Source: Patescibacteria group bacterium (GTDB lineage: Bacteria; Patescibacteriota; Minisyncoccia; UBA6257; HR35). Taken from it: a DNA stretch of 32,000 nucleotides. Position 1 is the stretch's first letter. Each line of letters begins with the position of its first letter. Below are positions 16,333 to 24,955 of this stretch, piece after piece. The notes under the pieces are model-generated. The model worked only from the letters and a program-made list of their open reading frames with translations, did not search any database and was not told the DNA's origin. The translations under genes were made by a program, and so were the position numbers. The stretch is from the NCBI GenBank assembly GCA_023480925.1, contig JAMCWY010000019.1:1-32000 (forward strand), written 5' to 3'.

Positions 16333-17328
16333 ATGAAACCGTGTTTCGTCAGCCCGTTGATCCAAACAGTTGGCCGCGAGTTAGGAATTGAGGTCCGGTT
16401 GGAACCGAAGTATGGCTATGCCGGACAGTTAATTTTGCCGAACGGCCAAAAACGTTATTTCCGCAACAATAGTTTCGATATCAATCTCCTGGGCGCTTCG
16501 GAAATTGCGAAAGACAAAATGTACGCGGCCTCCTTCCTCGCCAAGATGAACTACCCCGTCCCTGAAGGCGAAGAGTTTTTTTCCGACGCGTGGTGCGAAA
16601 CTATCGCAAGTAAACGAGAGGCGCGAGCGGCCTATCGCTACGCCCAGTCAATTGGATTTCCCGTTATAATTAAACCAAACAACAAAAGTCAAGGCGAAGG
16701 TGTTTTTAAAGTTGCGGGCAAAATTGATTTTTTCCGCTCGGTTGAAACAATCACTGCTTCCGACCGCGTCTTTTTAGTCCAACGGATAGTTGAAGGCGAC
16801 GATTTTCGTTTCGTTGTTTTGGATCAAGAAGTTCTCGCCGCTTACCAAAGGATTCCACTTTCGGTCACTGGCGATGGCCAATCTTCAATCCTGACACTAT
16901 TGAAACAAAAACAAAAATCTTTTGATCGGTTAAAACGTTTTATTCGAATCTCGTTTGCCGACAATCGAATTACAAATCAGTTGAAACAATTAAAACTAAC
17001 GCTCGATTCTATTTTGGGGATGGGTCAAATAATTCAGGTCCTGCCAATAGCCAATCTTTCTCTGGGCGGCGAGGCGATCGATCTGAGTGAAAAAATTCAT
17101 CCCGATTGGAAACGTTTGGCTATTGAGATTACTCGGGCGATGGGACTACGTTTCTGCGGTTTAGACTTTATTATTCAAGGCAAAATTTGGGCTCAACCTT
17201 TTTCGTACGTGATTTTAGAATTAAATCCTTCACCCGGCCTTGAACACTTCGCCTCTTTGGGCAAAAAACAGCGCGAGCGAGTTAAGATTATTTATCGAAA
17301 ATTATTAGAAACGTTCTTGGAGAATTAA
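16333..17328 (+). CDS. Stand-alone ATP-grasp ligase, cyanophycin-synthetase/GshAB-like
   Basis: 331 aa. It has GFPVIIKPNNKSQGEGVF, FLVQRIVEGDDFRFVVLD, PLSVTGDGQSSILTLL, ANLSLGGEAIDLSEKIHPDWKRLAIEITRAMGLRFCGLDFI and ILELNPSPGLEHF, following the ATP-grasp pattern of the cyanophycin synthetase N-terminal domain. Confidence 0.7.
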   Translation: MKPCFVSPLIQTVGRELGIEVRLEPKYGYAGQLILPNGQKRYFRNNSFDINLLGASEIAKDKMYAASFLAKMNYPVPEGEEFFSDAWCETIASKREARAAYRYAQSIGFPVIIKPNNKSQGEGVFKVAGKIDFFRSVETITASDRVFLVQRIVEGDDFRFVVLDQEVLAAYQRIPLSVTGDGQSSILTLLKQKQKSFDRLKRFIRISFADNRITNQLKQLKLTLDSILGMGQIIQVLPIANLSLGGEAIDLSEKIHPDWKRLAIEITRAMGLRFCGLDFIIQGKIWAQPFSYVILELNPSPGLEHFASLGKKQRERVKIIYRKLLETFLEN

Positions 17329-17622
17329 GATAGGCTTTCGCCAACAGATTTATTTTTTGCCAATTTTTTTATTAACGATTTAAATTCACAACCGGGAAAG
17401 AATATATTTTTGGAAAACCGGCTTTCGCCACCCCTCATTATATGAATCGGAAAAATTCAAGTCAAATTTTTGCCGCGTTGTCTTTGTCAATTTTCAGTTA
17501 AATATTTTCTAAATAAACCATATTAATGATAAAATGAAAAATCAAGCCAAAATAGAAAATTTCGACTCGAGCGCCAGCGCGAATTTTTTCGTTTCAGTTT
17601 AACCACCACCGTGGCGGAATTA

Positions 17623-17631
17623 TGTTATAAT
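17623..17631 (+). promoter_or_regulatory. Extended -10 promoter element TGTTATAAT for rpsA, 8 nt from the ATG
   Basis: The sequence ggaattaTGTTATAATgtcaaataATGaat. The hexamer ends at 17631 and the ATG is at 17640. Confidence 0.5.
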
Positions 17632-17639
17632 GTCAAATA

Positions 17640-18689
17640 ATGAATAGCATCATTAAAACTAGCCCGGAATTTAATTTAAATATATCCCGCGGCTTAAAAA
17701 AAATCACGATCGGATCGCTTATGAACGGTTTTGTTTTGGCGAAACGACCGAAAGAACTTTTAGTTGACTTAAAAAATCTTGGTTTAGCCAGAATCTATGG
17801 TCAAGAATATAACCGGGCCAAAAGTCTCATTAACAAAATCAATCCGGGCGACGAAGTTATCGTTAAAATCACAAAATTCGACGACGGCTACGGCAATTAC
17901 GAAGGCTCCCTTCAAGACATTCAAGAAATCAACCAGTGGCAAAAAATCAAAAACTTTCTTAAAACCAAAAAAGTTCTTGAACTCAAAGTTATCGACGCGA
18001 ACAAGGGCGGCTTGATCGTCGAAGTCGAAGGGGTTAAAGGTTTTGTTCCAGTTTCCCAGCTTTCGCCCGAACACTATCCCAGAATTTCAAACAACAACAA
18101 ACAGGTGATTTTGAATCATTTAAAGAACTTCGTCGGTCAAAGTTTTCCTTTTCGGATTATTAACGCCGAACCAAGCAACCAAAAATTAATCTTATCCGAA
18201 CGGTCGGCCTTGGAAGAAACTTCGGCTCAAGCGATCAACCAGTTTAACGTTGGTCAAATTGTCGACGTTAAAATTGTCGGCTTGGGCAAATTTGGCATCT
18301 TTGTCCGCTTTAACGACAACCCGCCCTTGGACGGCCTCGTCCACATCAGCGAGATACCGGAGAAAGAACAGGAGTTGGAAACAAGGTTTGAAATCGGCAA
18401 CAGTTTTAAGGCCAAAATCATCAAGATTGAAGGCGACCGGGCGAACTTCAGCCTAAAAGACTTAAACGAAGATCCATGGTTAATATTTTCAAAAGATCAC
18501 CAGGTCGGCTCAATCATCAAAGGCCGGGTCAGCCAAAAAACAAACGACATTTTCGCCACAGTTGACATTGACAAGATCAAAGGCGCGATTTTTGAAAACC
18601 TGGACAAGATCAAAGAAAACGAAGATTACGAATTCAAAATCGAAGATTTAAACATTAAGGAAAAAAAACTAATTTTAAAGTTGATTTAA
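17640..18689 (+). CDS. rpsA: 30S ribosomal protein S1-like protein (multi-S1-domain RNA-binding protein)
   Basis: 349 aa with repeated S1/OB motifs (GDEVIVKITKFDDGYG, GGLIVEVEGVKGFVPVSQL, GQIVDVKIVGLGKFGIFVRF...GLVHISEI, GSIIKGRVSQK). It is shorter than the six-domain E. coli S1. Confidence 0.75.
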   Translation: MNSIIKTSPEFNLNISRGLKKITIGSLMNGFVLAKRPKELLVDLKNLGLARIYGQEYNRAKSLINKINPGDEVIVKITKFDDGYGNYEGSLQDIQEINQWQKIKNFLKTKKVLELKVIDANKGGLIVEVEGVKGFVPVSQLSPEHYPRISNNNKQVILNHLKNFVGQSFPFRIINAEPSNQKLILSERSALEETSAQAINQFNVGQIVDVKIVGLGKFGIFVRFNDNPPLDGLVHISEIPEKEQELETRFEIGNSFKAKIIKIEGDRANFSLKDLNEDPWLIFSKDHQVGSIIKGRVSQKTNDIFATVDIDKIKGAIFENLDKIKENEDYEFKIEDLNIKEKKLILKLI

Positions 18690-18741
18690 GTTTAATTTAG
18701 CCCGGCCTGATTAAAATTGATCTAAGATTTAAAAATTTTTT

Positions 18742-20592
18742 ATGAAAAAAGGTTTATTATATATAACCGTAACCGTTTTAATTATTGTCATCGTCGGCTT
18801 GGTTTTTACTTCGCTCAAAAATCACTTGGTTCAAAATGTTTCAATTTATGATGTCGTTAATTTAATCAAGACCGGCCAAGTTAAAAAAGTCTATGTCAGC
18901 TCAAACCAAATCCTGGTCCAACTAACCAACAACAGTCTTGTCAGCGCCGCCAAGGAGAGCCAAGTTTCTTTCTGGCAAATCGTCAAAGACTCAAAAATTC
19001 CTTCGACTCAGTTGGAAAATATCAAAATTCAAATTCAAGACACAAGCTATAGCGCTTTAATTCTTGGTTTTCTTTTTAATGTTTTGCCCTTTATCGTCAT
19101 CGGCTGGCTCTTTTGGCGATTTTTTGTCCAAGCTCAAAAAGGCGCGGGCCAAATTTTTTCTTTTTCCAAATCTGGCGTCCGGATTTATAATCCCCAAAAA
19201 GATCGCATCACCTTTAAAGACATCGCCGGTTTAGTTGAAGCAAAAGAAGAGGTTCAAGAAATTATCGAATTCTTGAAAAACCAAGACCGTTTCGTCCGGC
19301 TTGGCGCTCAAATACCCAAAGGCGTCTTGCTTGTTGGCCCGCCCGGCAGCGGTAAAACTTTATTGGCCCGGGCGGTCGCTTGCGAAAGCAACGTTCCCTT
19401 TCTTCATATCTCCGGCTCGGAATTCGTCGAGATGTTCGTCGGCGTTGGCGCCGGCCGAGTCCGCGACACGTTCGCAATGGCGAAAAAATTAGCGCCGTCG
19501 ATTCTTTTCGTTGACGAACTCGATGCCGTTGGCCGAGCCCGCGGCGTTGGTTTAGGCGGCACTCACGAAGAACGCGAGCAAACCTTAAACCAAATCTTGG
19601 TTGAGATGGACGGTTTGGAAAAAAATTCCGGCGTGATCGTTCTTTCTGCCACCAACCGACCAGACGTGCTTGATCAAGCTTTGCTCCGACCGGGCCGATT
19701 TGACCGAAAAATCGTTCTCGACCTGCCCGACATCAAAGGCCGAGAGGATATCTTAACAATCCATCTGCGCGATAAAAAAATCGGCAAAATTAATCTGCGC
19801 CAAGTGGCCGAGCGCACGCCCGGCTTTACCGGCGCCGATCTGGCCAATCTCGCCAACGAAGCAGCGATCTTGGCCGCGCGAAAAAATAAAACCGAAATTG
19901 ATCAAATTGAACTTTTGGAATCAATCGAAAAAGTTATTCTTGGGCCGGAACGCAAATCAAAAGTTTTTTCCAAAAAAGAAAAAGAGCTGGCGGCTTACCA
20001 TGAATCCGGCCACGCCATTGTCGCTCATTATCTCGTCGGAGCCGCCCCCGTCCAAAAAATTTCAATTATCAGCCGAGGCCAGGCGGGTGGCTATACAATC
20101 AAAGCGCCGTTCGAAGAAAAAAATTTCCACTTTAAAAAGGAATTTTTTGACGAACTGGCGGTTATGCTTGGTGGTTACGCCGCTGAACTAACTCAGTTCA
20201 ACGATATTTCAACTGGGGCCGCGAGCGACCTTCAAATCGCGACCGATCTGACCCACCAACTTATCACTCGCTACGGCATGTCCGAAACATTCGGACCGAT
20301 GGCTTTGGGCAAAATCCAAGAACTTAATTATTTAAGCCGAGACGCGATCGTTGAAAAAGATTACTCGGAAAAAAGCGCTGAGCTAATCGACCTGGAAACG
20401 AAGCAAATTTTAGACAACGCCCTGAACCAAGCTAAAAATGTTATTCAAAATAAAATCGATAAATTTAAAAAACTCGCTTCGTATTTGATTAAAAAAGAAA
20501 CGATCGAAAAAAAACAATTTGAAAAGTTAATCGGCGACAAAAAAGGTTCTTTTTCGACCGAGCCAACGCTCGCGCCGAGACCAAACGTTTAA
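18742..20592 (+). CDS. ftsH: ATP-dependent zinc metalloprotease FtsH
   Basis: 616 aa. It has two N-terminal TM helices, Walker [16 protein letters not shown], Walker [10 protein letters not shown], the SRH segment [20 protein letters not shown], and the zinc motif HESGHAIV. Confidence 0.95.
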   Translation: MKKGLLYITVTVLIIVIVGLVFTSLKNHLVQNVSIYDVVNLIKTGQVKKVYVSSNQILVQLTNNSLVSAAKESQVSFWQIVKDSKIPSTQLENIKIQIQDTSYSALILGFLFNVLPFIVIGWLFWRFFVQAQKGAGQIFSFSKSGVRIYNPQKDRITFKDIAGLVEAKEEVQEIIEFLKNQDRFVRLGAQIPKGVLLVGPPGSGKTLLARAVACESNVPFLHISGSEFVEMFVGVGAGRVRDTFAMAKKLAPSILFVDELDAVGRARGVGLGGTHEEREQTLNQILVEMDGLEKNSGVIVLSATNRPDVLDQALLRPGRFDRKIVLDLPDIKGREDILTIHLRDKKIGKINLRQVAERTPGFTGADLANLANEAAILAARKNKTEIDQIELLESIEKVILGPERKSKVFSKKEKELAAYHESGHAIVAHYLVGAAPVQKISIISRGQAGGYTIKAPFEEKNFHFKKEFFDELAVMLGGYAAELTQFNDISTGAASDLQIATDLTHQLITRYGMSETFGPMALGKIQELNYLSRDAIVEKDYSEKSAELIDLETKQILDNALNQAKNVIQNKIDKFKKLASYLIKKETIEKKQFEKLIGDKKGSFSTEPTLAPRPNV

Positions 20593-20821
20593 CTTTTCCG
20601 CCGCGTTCGACTCAAACTTATTTTTATCTTCCGAATCTCCGCGTGCGGGTAAGCGTGGACGGTCAGATTGAAACATTCGAACGAGGCGATTGGCCGGCGG
20701 CTAAAAAAGTTTAACCAAAAAATCAATCCAAGCCAAAAACTCCAAACCTGAAATTTACCGGCACCGGCCGGCTGACGTTAAATTGATAATAAAAATTAAG
20801 GCCGAGATTGAAATTTTGGTT

Positions 20822-21571
20822 TTATAATTTTATTTCTTTGCTCTTTTTCCCCCGCCAAAACTGAATTTTTTTATGATCGCCGGAAAGCAGAACCTTTGGC
20901 ACCTTTAGCTCCTTGCCCTTGATTTTAAAAATTCTCGGTTTGGTCAAAACCGGCCAACTGGTCAACTTGCCCCCGCCTCTTTTTTCTTCAAGCGAATCGG
21001 GGTTATGCAAAAATCCGGGCAGATGACGGGAGACGCTATCAATAATCGCCATCGCCGCGATCTCGCCGCCGCTGAGAACATAAGGGCCAAGTGAAATTTC
21101 CATATCGATAAATTTTTTGATCCTTTCGTCTACGCCTTCATAATGACCGCAAATAATAATAAGTTGTTTTTCCAAACTTAACTTGTTAATCAATTTTTGG
21201 TTCAATTGTTGACCAGCCAAACTGGTTAAAATCACAAGTTTTTTTCTTTTGGGCGCGATCTTTTTCGCCTGAGTCAAAGCCCGATAAAGCGGTTCAACCT
21301 TTAAAACCATGCCTGGACCGCCGCCAAAAGGCCGATCGTCAATCGTCTTGCGCGCGTCTTGAGTAAAATCGCGCAAAGACCAAATTTTAATCCGGATCAA
21401 ACCGCGTTTAACCGCTCGCCCGATCAAAGAAGTTTTAAGATAATCAAAACTTTCGGGCAGGGCGGTGATTATATCAAAACAAAATAAAGGCTTCGCCGAT
21501 GAAGCCTTTATTTTCTTGATTGCTTTCTTGGTTTTAGTTATTTTTGAGATCTTCGATAATCTTTTCGCCAT
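20822..21571 (-). CDS. trmD: tRNA (guanine37-N1)-methyltransferase with Lys-rich N-terminal extension
   Basis: The start is placed at ATG 21571. It has FDIITALPESFDYL, DDRPFGGGPGMVLKVEPL, ICGHYEGVDERI and SLGPYVLSGGEIAAM. No in-frame ATG/GTG/TTG lies nearer the conserved core, so the gene overlaps the KH gene by 38 nt. Confidence 0.85.
   Translation of the reverse strand: MAKRLSKISKITKTKKAIKKIKASSAKPLFCFDIITALPESFDYLKTSLIGRAVKRGLIRIKIWSLRDFTQDARKTIDDRPFGGGPGMVLKVEPLYRALTQAKKIAPKRKKLVILTSLAGQQLNQKLINKLSLEKQLIIICGHYEGVDERIKKFIDMEISLGPYVLSGGEIAAMAIIDSVSRHLPGFLHNPDSLEEKRGGGKLTSWPVLTKPRIFKIKGKELKVPKVLLSGDHKKIQFWRGKKSKEIKL
21486..21509 (-). terminator. Perfect 9-bp hairpin plus T-rich tract (terminator/attenuator-like) inside the trmD 5' coding region
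   Basis: The - strand reads AAAGGCTTC-atcggc-GAAGCCTTT followed by ATTTTGTTTTG. The hairpin begins 25 nt after the KH-gene stop (21534). Confidence 0.4.
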
Positions 21572-21845
21572 CAACTTTGGCCCGACTCAGGGCGGAAGGC
21601 TCTTCTAATTTAATATTGATTCGAGCGTGAGATTTTAAACCAATCGCCTTCATCACCATCTTTAAAGCTTTAATCAGTTCGCCGTTGCGACCAATGATCA
21701 AACCCATATCTTGAGGATTGGCCTTGACTCGCAACAACACGCCCATCTCGTCCAAACTCCGACTGATTTTTAGATCTTCGGGGTGAGTAACCATATTTTT
21801 TAAAACTTTATCAAGAACTTCAACGTACTCGGTTTTATCGATCAT
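21534..21845 (-). CDS. KH-domain RNA-binding protein (YlqC/KhpA-like)
   Basis: 103 aa. It has VTHPEDLKISRSLDEMGVLLRVKANPQDMGLIIGRNGELIKALKMVMKAIG, which carries the KH GxxG-type loop IGRNG. It sits upstream of trmD, as in the conserved rpsP-KH-rimM-trmD neighbourhood. It is one of the few genes here with a clear RBS (GAGG 5 nt before the ATG). Confidence 0.8.
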   Translation of the reverse strand: MIDKTEYVEVLDKVLKNMVTHPEDLKISRSLDEMGVLLRVKANPQDMGLIIGRNGELIKALKMVMKAIGLKSHARINIKLEEPSALSRAKVDGEKIIEDLKNN

Positions 21846-21947
21846 TTTTTCCTCTAACCTTCGGCCGAATTAAAACCGGACGAAGATTTAATCATTCAAT
21901 TCACGACCAAACTTTTAAAGTTCGCTAATGACTAAACCACTATTAAA

Positions 21948-21956
21948 ATTATACCA
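21948..21956 (-). promoter_or_regulatory. Extended -10 promoter element TGGTATAAT upstream of the KH-domain gene
   Basis: The - strand reads gctaaagttgTGGTATAATttta, about 100 nt upstream of the KH ATG. Confidence 0.45.
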
Positions 21957-21990
21957 CAACTTTAGCTTAAACCAAACTGAGACAACCGAC

Positions 21991-23553
21991 TTAGTTTTGA
22001 ATGTTAACCTTGATTTTGCTCGCGTCCAAAGGAAACGATTTCTGCCAAAATGGCCAAATTTCAATATCGGCTTTTTCAACCTGGTCCAAGGATTTTAGAT
22101 AATCGCGGATGTCGGTTAAAGACTTCCCCCTTAACTCCTGAACGATTTTTTGACTATCAAGAATTTCCTTGGTCGTAACCGTTCCTGTCGCCTCGATCGC
22201 CTCATTCTTAAAGTCCGGATCAAGTTGCTGAAGTTTGACCTTATCAATACTGATATTGGTAATCTCGACATTATTTTTATTGGCTAGATTTTTTTTGGCG
22301 AAAATATCTTTGAGAAGTGAAATAAGCAATTCCTTTTTAACGCCAATCGCTTTCAGCTCGCCCGTGCCGCTTACCATAATTTTGGCCGCGGTCTGGCCAA
22401 CCTGGTTGGAAACGTCGGTAACTTGAACGTTAATTTGGCCAATTTCTTCCGGAAAAACATAGTCCGGATACTTCAAGGCAAGATCCTTGACCAAAAGATT
22501 GTTTAACTCGTTCTCCAACTTGACCCGACCATTATTAATATCGTCGATTAAAACCGTGTGGGAAACGTTGCCACCACCACCACCGCTAATCGTCCCTTTC
22601 GATTGAGCCGTAATTAACTTCTGCCAACTCGTTCCGGCTAAGCCCGGGATAGTGAAATTCGTCGTGGTCGAAAGATTATAGTCGCCACTTGAACCGTCGG
22701 CGGTGACTTGAACATCAACACTGCCTTGACCAGAAACATAAACCTGACTCAAAGAACGATAAATCTTACCGGCGGGTGATTGAAAACGGGTGCCGGGAAC
22801 CAAAGTCAAACTGTCGGCCGAAGAATCGGTTAAAACGATTACGCCCTGAGCGCGATTGTTCACGCCAAGACTTGGTCCGGTTGTCGTTTGAAAAACGCTA
22901 TCGTTTTTAGTGATGTCAACGAAAGTCCCGGGCAAGGTGTGCGTGTCGATATTTTCCGAAGTGGCGTTACGGTCAAGAATAATAATCTCGTCAAACTTCT
23001 GGGTATCTTCCTTGGGCGTGATATCAACCTTGGCGCTGGTGCTGAAACCGCCCACGACAAATAAACCCAAACCGGTCAGGGCGATCGCGGCGGCGGTGAC
23101 AAGAAAGATCTTTTTCAGTTTTTTTGTTTTTTTCGTTCGGCCGCGATCAAGAAAAATATCTTCGCCTTTCGACCGATGACGCTCGGCCTTGTGTTCGGCC
23201 GGATGATGAACCGGATTAAAATAATGAAATGGCTTCGGTTTAATCTTGGCCGGCGGCTTGATGTCTGTCACCAACTTCGCTCCTTCCGCCATCGCCTCGT
23301 ACTCTTCCATAAATAAATCAAATCCGGCTTCTTTGACCAATTTGATAATCTCTTCGTCTTCCGTGCTTAAATAAATTTTTTTCTTCAAACGTTCGGTTTC
23401 TTTTTTAAGCAAGTCAAGATTGATTGGATGGAGGAAAACTTTTGTTTTGTCCGGGACAACCAAAATTAACTCTTTACTCTCGGAGTCACGAATCAACTCA
23501 ATCACATCGCCCAACTCCTCTGTCCCTTTTAAATAAAAATAATCTTTTTCCAT
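21991..23553 (-). CDS. Hypothetical single-pass membrane protein with about 85-aa cytoplasmic N-domain and about 340-aa ectodomain
   Basis: The start is placed at ATG 23553; the TTG at 23556 is the track start. It has a basic linker (HRSKGEDIFLDRGRTKKTKKLKK) and a TM helix (IFLVTAAAIALTGLGLFVVGGF). The ectodomain segment LVPGTRFQSPAGKIYRSLSQVYVSGQGSVDVQVTADGSSGDYNL loosely resembles baseplate-J-like domains; this is recognition by eye only. Confidence 0.5.
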   Translation of the reverse strand: MEKDYFYLKGTEELGDVIELIRDSESKELILVVPDKTKVFLHPINLDLLKKETERLKKKIYLSTEDEEIIKLVKEAGFDLFMEEYEAMAEGAKLVTDIKPPAKIKPKPFHYFNPVHHPAEHKAERHRSKGEDIFLDRGRTKKTKKLKKIFLVTAAAIALTGLGLFVVGGFSTSAKVDITPKEDTQKFDEIIILDRNATSENIDTHTLPGTFVDITKNDSVFQTTTGPSLGVNNRAQGVIVLTDSSADSLTLVPGTRFQSPAGKIYRSLSQVYVSGQGSVDVQVTADGSSGDYNLSTTTNFTIPGLAGTSWQKLITAQSKGTISGGGGGNVSHTVLIDDINNGRVKLENELNNLLVKDLALKYPDYVFPEEIGQINVQVTDVSNQVGQTAAKIMVSGTGELKAIGVKKELLISLLKDIFAKKNLANKNNVEITNISIDKVKLQQLDPDFKNEAIEATGTVTTKEILDSQKIVQELRGKSLTDIRDYLKSLDQVEKADIEIWPFWQKSFPLDASKIKVNIQN

Positions 23554-23570
23554 CAACAGTTTTTGGTTGA

Positions 23571-24845
23571 TTAAACCGCTTTCGAAATTTTTTGATGCTC
23601 TTTGAATCGTTCGTTAAAAATATCTTCGACTTTTGGCGAAATTTCCATTTTTTTTATCTGCGCCAGTTCTTTTGCCAACTCCAAAGGCAAACCGTAAGTG
23701 GCGTAAAGTTGAAAAAGTTTTCCAGCCAGTTCTTCGGCCGTCTCGACGCCGGTGATGTTTCGTTCAAACCGCCTTAGAGCCTGACCCAATGTTTGTTCGA
23801 ACGTTCCCAGTTCCGCCTTAATTACTTTTAATATTTTATCATAATTCTGCAACTCCGGATAAATTTGGCCAAACTTTTCTCTAACCGATTTAATCACCAG
23901 CTCGAGTTGAACCAACTCAATCTGATTCAAGCGCAGACGCAAAGCTAAACGACGCAAGATCCGACGCAAAACATAACCGCGCTCAAGATTGCTTGGCTGG
24001 ACACCGGCGCCGGCCAAAAAAACCGCGGCCCGAACATGATCAAGAATAATTCGAAGATCAGATTGGACTAAATCAGACTTGATTTCCAAAAGCCGCGTTC
24101 GGGTTGGCTCGAATAAATCCGTCTCGAATATCGTTTCCGTTTTTTGAATCACCTTCATCAATCGTTCAAAACCCATACCCGTGTCAATACCAACAAGATC
24201 AAGTTTCTTTAATTTTCCGTCTGAATCTTGATAATACTGGTTAAAAACTAAATTCCAAACCTCAAGATCGTTAATGTAAATTTCCGTAGTCGGGCCACAC
24301 GGTCCTTCTTCACCCGTCGGTCCCCAAAAATTATCCTCCCGGCCGCGCTTTTTAATTTTATCCCCGTAGCCAATCTCGTCCCAAACTCGTGCGCTGGCTT
24401 CGTCAAAAGGAATGTCGGCTTCGCCCTTAAAAACCGTAACGGAATCAAAATTTAAACCCAATTCTTTTTCCAAAAATTCCCTCGCCCAAATAATCGCCGA
24501 TCTTTTAAAATAACCGGCCGGGCCGAAATCAGCCGGATCATCCGAACCAACCGGGCCGAAAGAAAAATTACCAAGCATTTCAAAAAAAGTCAGGTGAGTC
24601 GTGTCGCCAATTTCATTAATATCGGTCGTCCGAAAACATTTTTGGATTGAAGCAGTTCTCTGGCCGCCAAAATCAACTCGGGCGTCTTTTTCGGCCGTGA
24701 AATATTTTTTAAACTGCTGCATTCCGGCCGTGGTCAACAAGACCGACTTGTCACCAAACGGTATCAACGACGATGACTGAATAATTTTATGGCCGCGGTC
24801 GGAAAAAAAATTAAAAAATAATTTTCTGACTTCTTCCGAACTCAT
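23571..24845 (-). CDS. alaS: Alanine--tRNA ligase, aminoacylation/tRNA-recognition half only (424 aa)
   Basis: It has SSSLIPFGDKSVLLTTAGMQQFKKYF, QKCFRTTDINEIGDTTHLTFFEMLGNFSFG and GIDTGMGFERL. It ends (LYATYGLPLELAKELA...FKEHQKISKAV) where full-length AlaRS continues into the editing domain. The next gene downstream is unrelated. Confidence 0.85.
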   Translation of the reverse strand: MSSEEVRKLFFNFFSDRGHKIIQSSSLIPFGDKSVLLTTAGMQQFKKYFTAEKDARVDFGGQRTASIQKCFRTTDINEIGDTTHLTFFEMLGNFSFGPVGSDDPADFGPAGYFKRSAIIWAREFLEKELGLNFDSVTVFKGEADIPFDEASARVWDEIGYGDKIKKRGREDNFWGPTGEEGPCGPTTEIYINDLEVWNLVFNQYYQDSDGKLKKLDLVGIDTGMGFERLMKVIQKTETIFETDLFEPTRTRLLEIKSDLVQSDLRIILDHVRAAVFLAGAGVQPSNLERGYVLRRILRRLALRLRLNQIELVQLELVIKSVREKFGQIYPELQNYDKILKVIKAELGTFEQTLGQALRRFERNITGVETAEELAGKLFQLYATYGLPLELAKELAQIKKMEISPKVEDIFNERFKEHQKISKAV

Positions 24846-24854
24846 TCTTAAAAA

Positions 24855-24863
24855 ATTATAACA
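24855..24863 (-). promoter_or_regulatory. Extended -10 promoter element TGTTATAAT for alaS, 9 nt from the ATG
   Basis: The - strand reads aatttttGTTATAATtttttaagaATGagt. The ATG is at 24845. Confidence 0.5.
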
Positions 24864-24955
24864 AAAATTATTATTGGGAACAAATTTAAATTTTTTTTAA
24901 AAAAAATCGGTTCTAATTGAAAAACAACTTAAAAACAGAAAAACTTCAACTAAAT

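Noticed and set aside
20593-20821. tRNA or small gene in the 229-nt convergent ftsH/trmD spacer (contains gttcgaa and a GC-rich hairpin CCGGC-n4-GCCGG around 20761-20777)
   Set aside because: No acceptor or T-arm complementarity surrounds the TTCGAA-like string. The only ORF is about 24 codons. The hairpin lacks a T-run on either strand, so it is at best a weak bidirectional terminator.
24893-24908. T8A8 palindrome (ttttttttaaaaaaaa) between rpsT and alaS, considered as a terminator
   Set aside because: A pure A/T self-complement has negligible hairpin stability. It is more likely just AT-rich spacer upstream of the alaS promoter.
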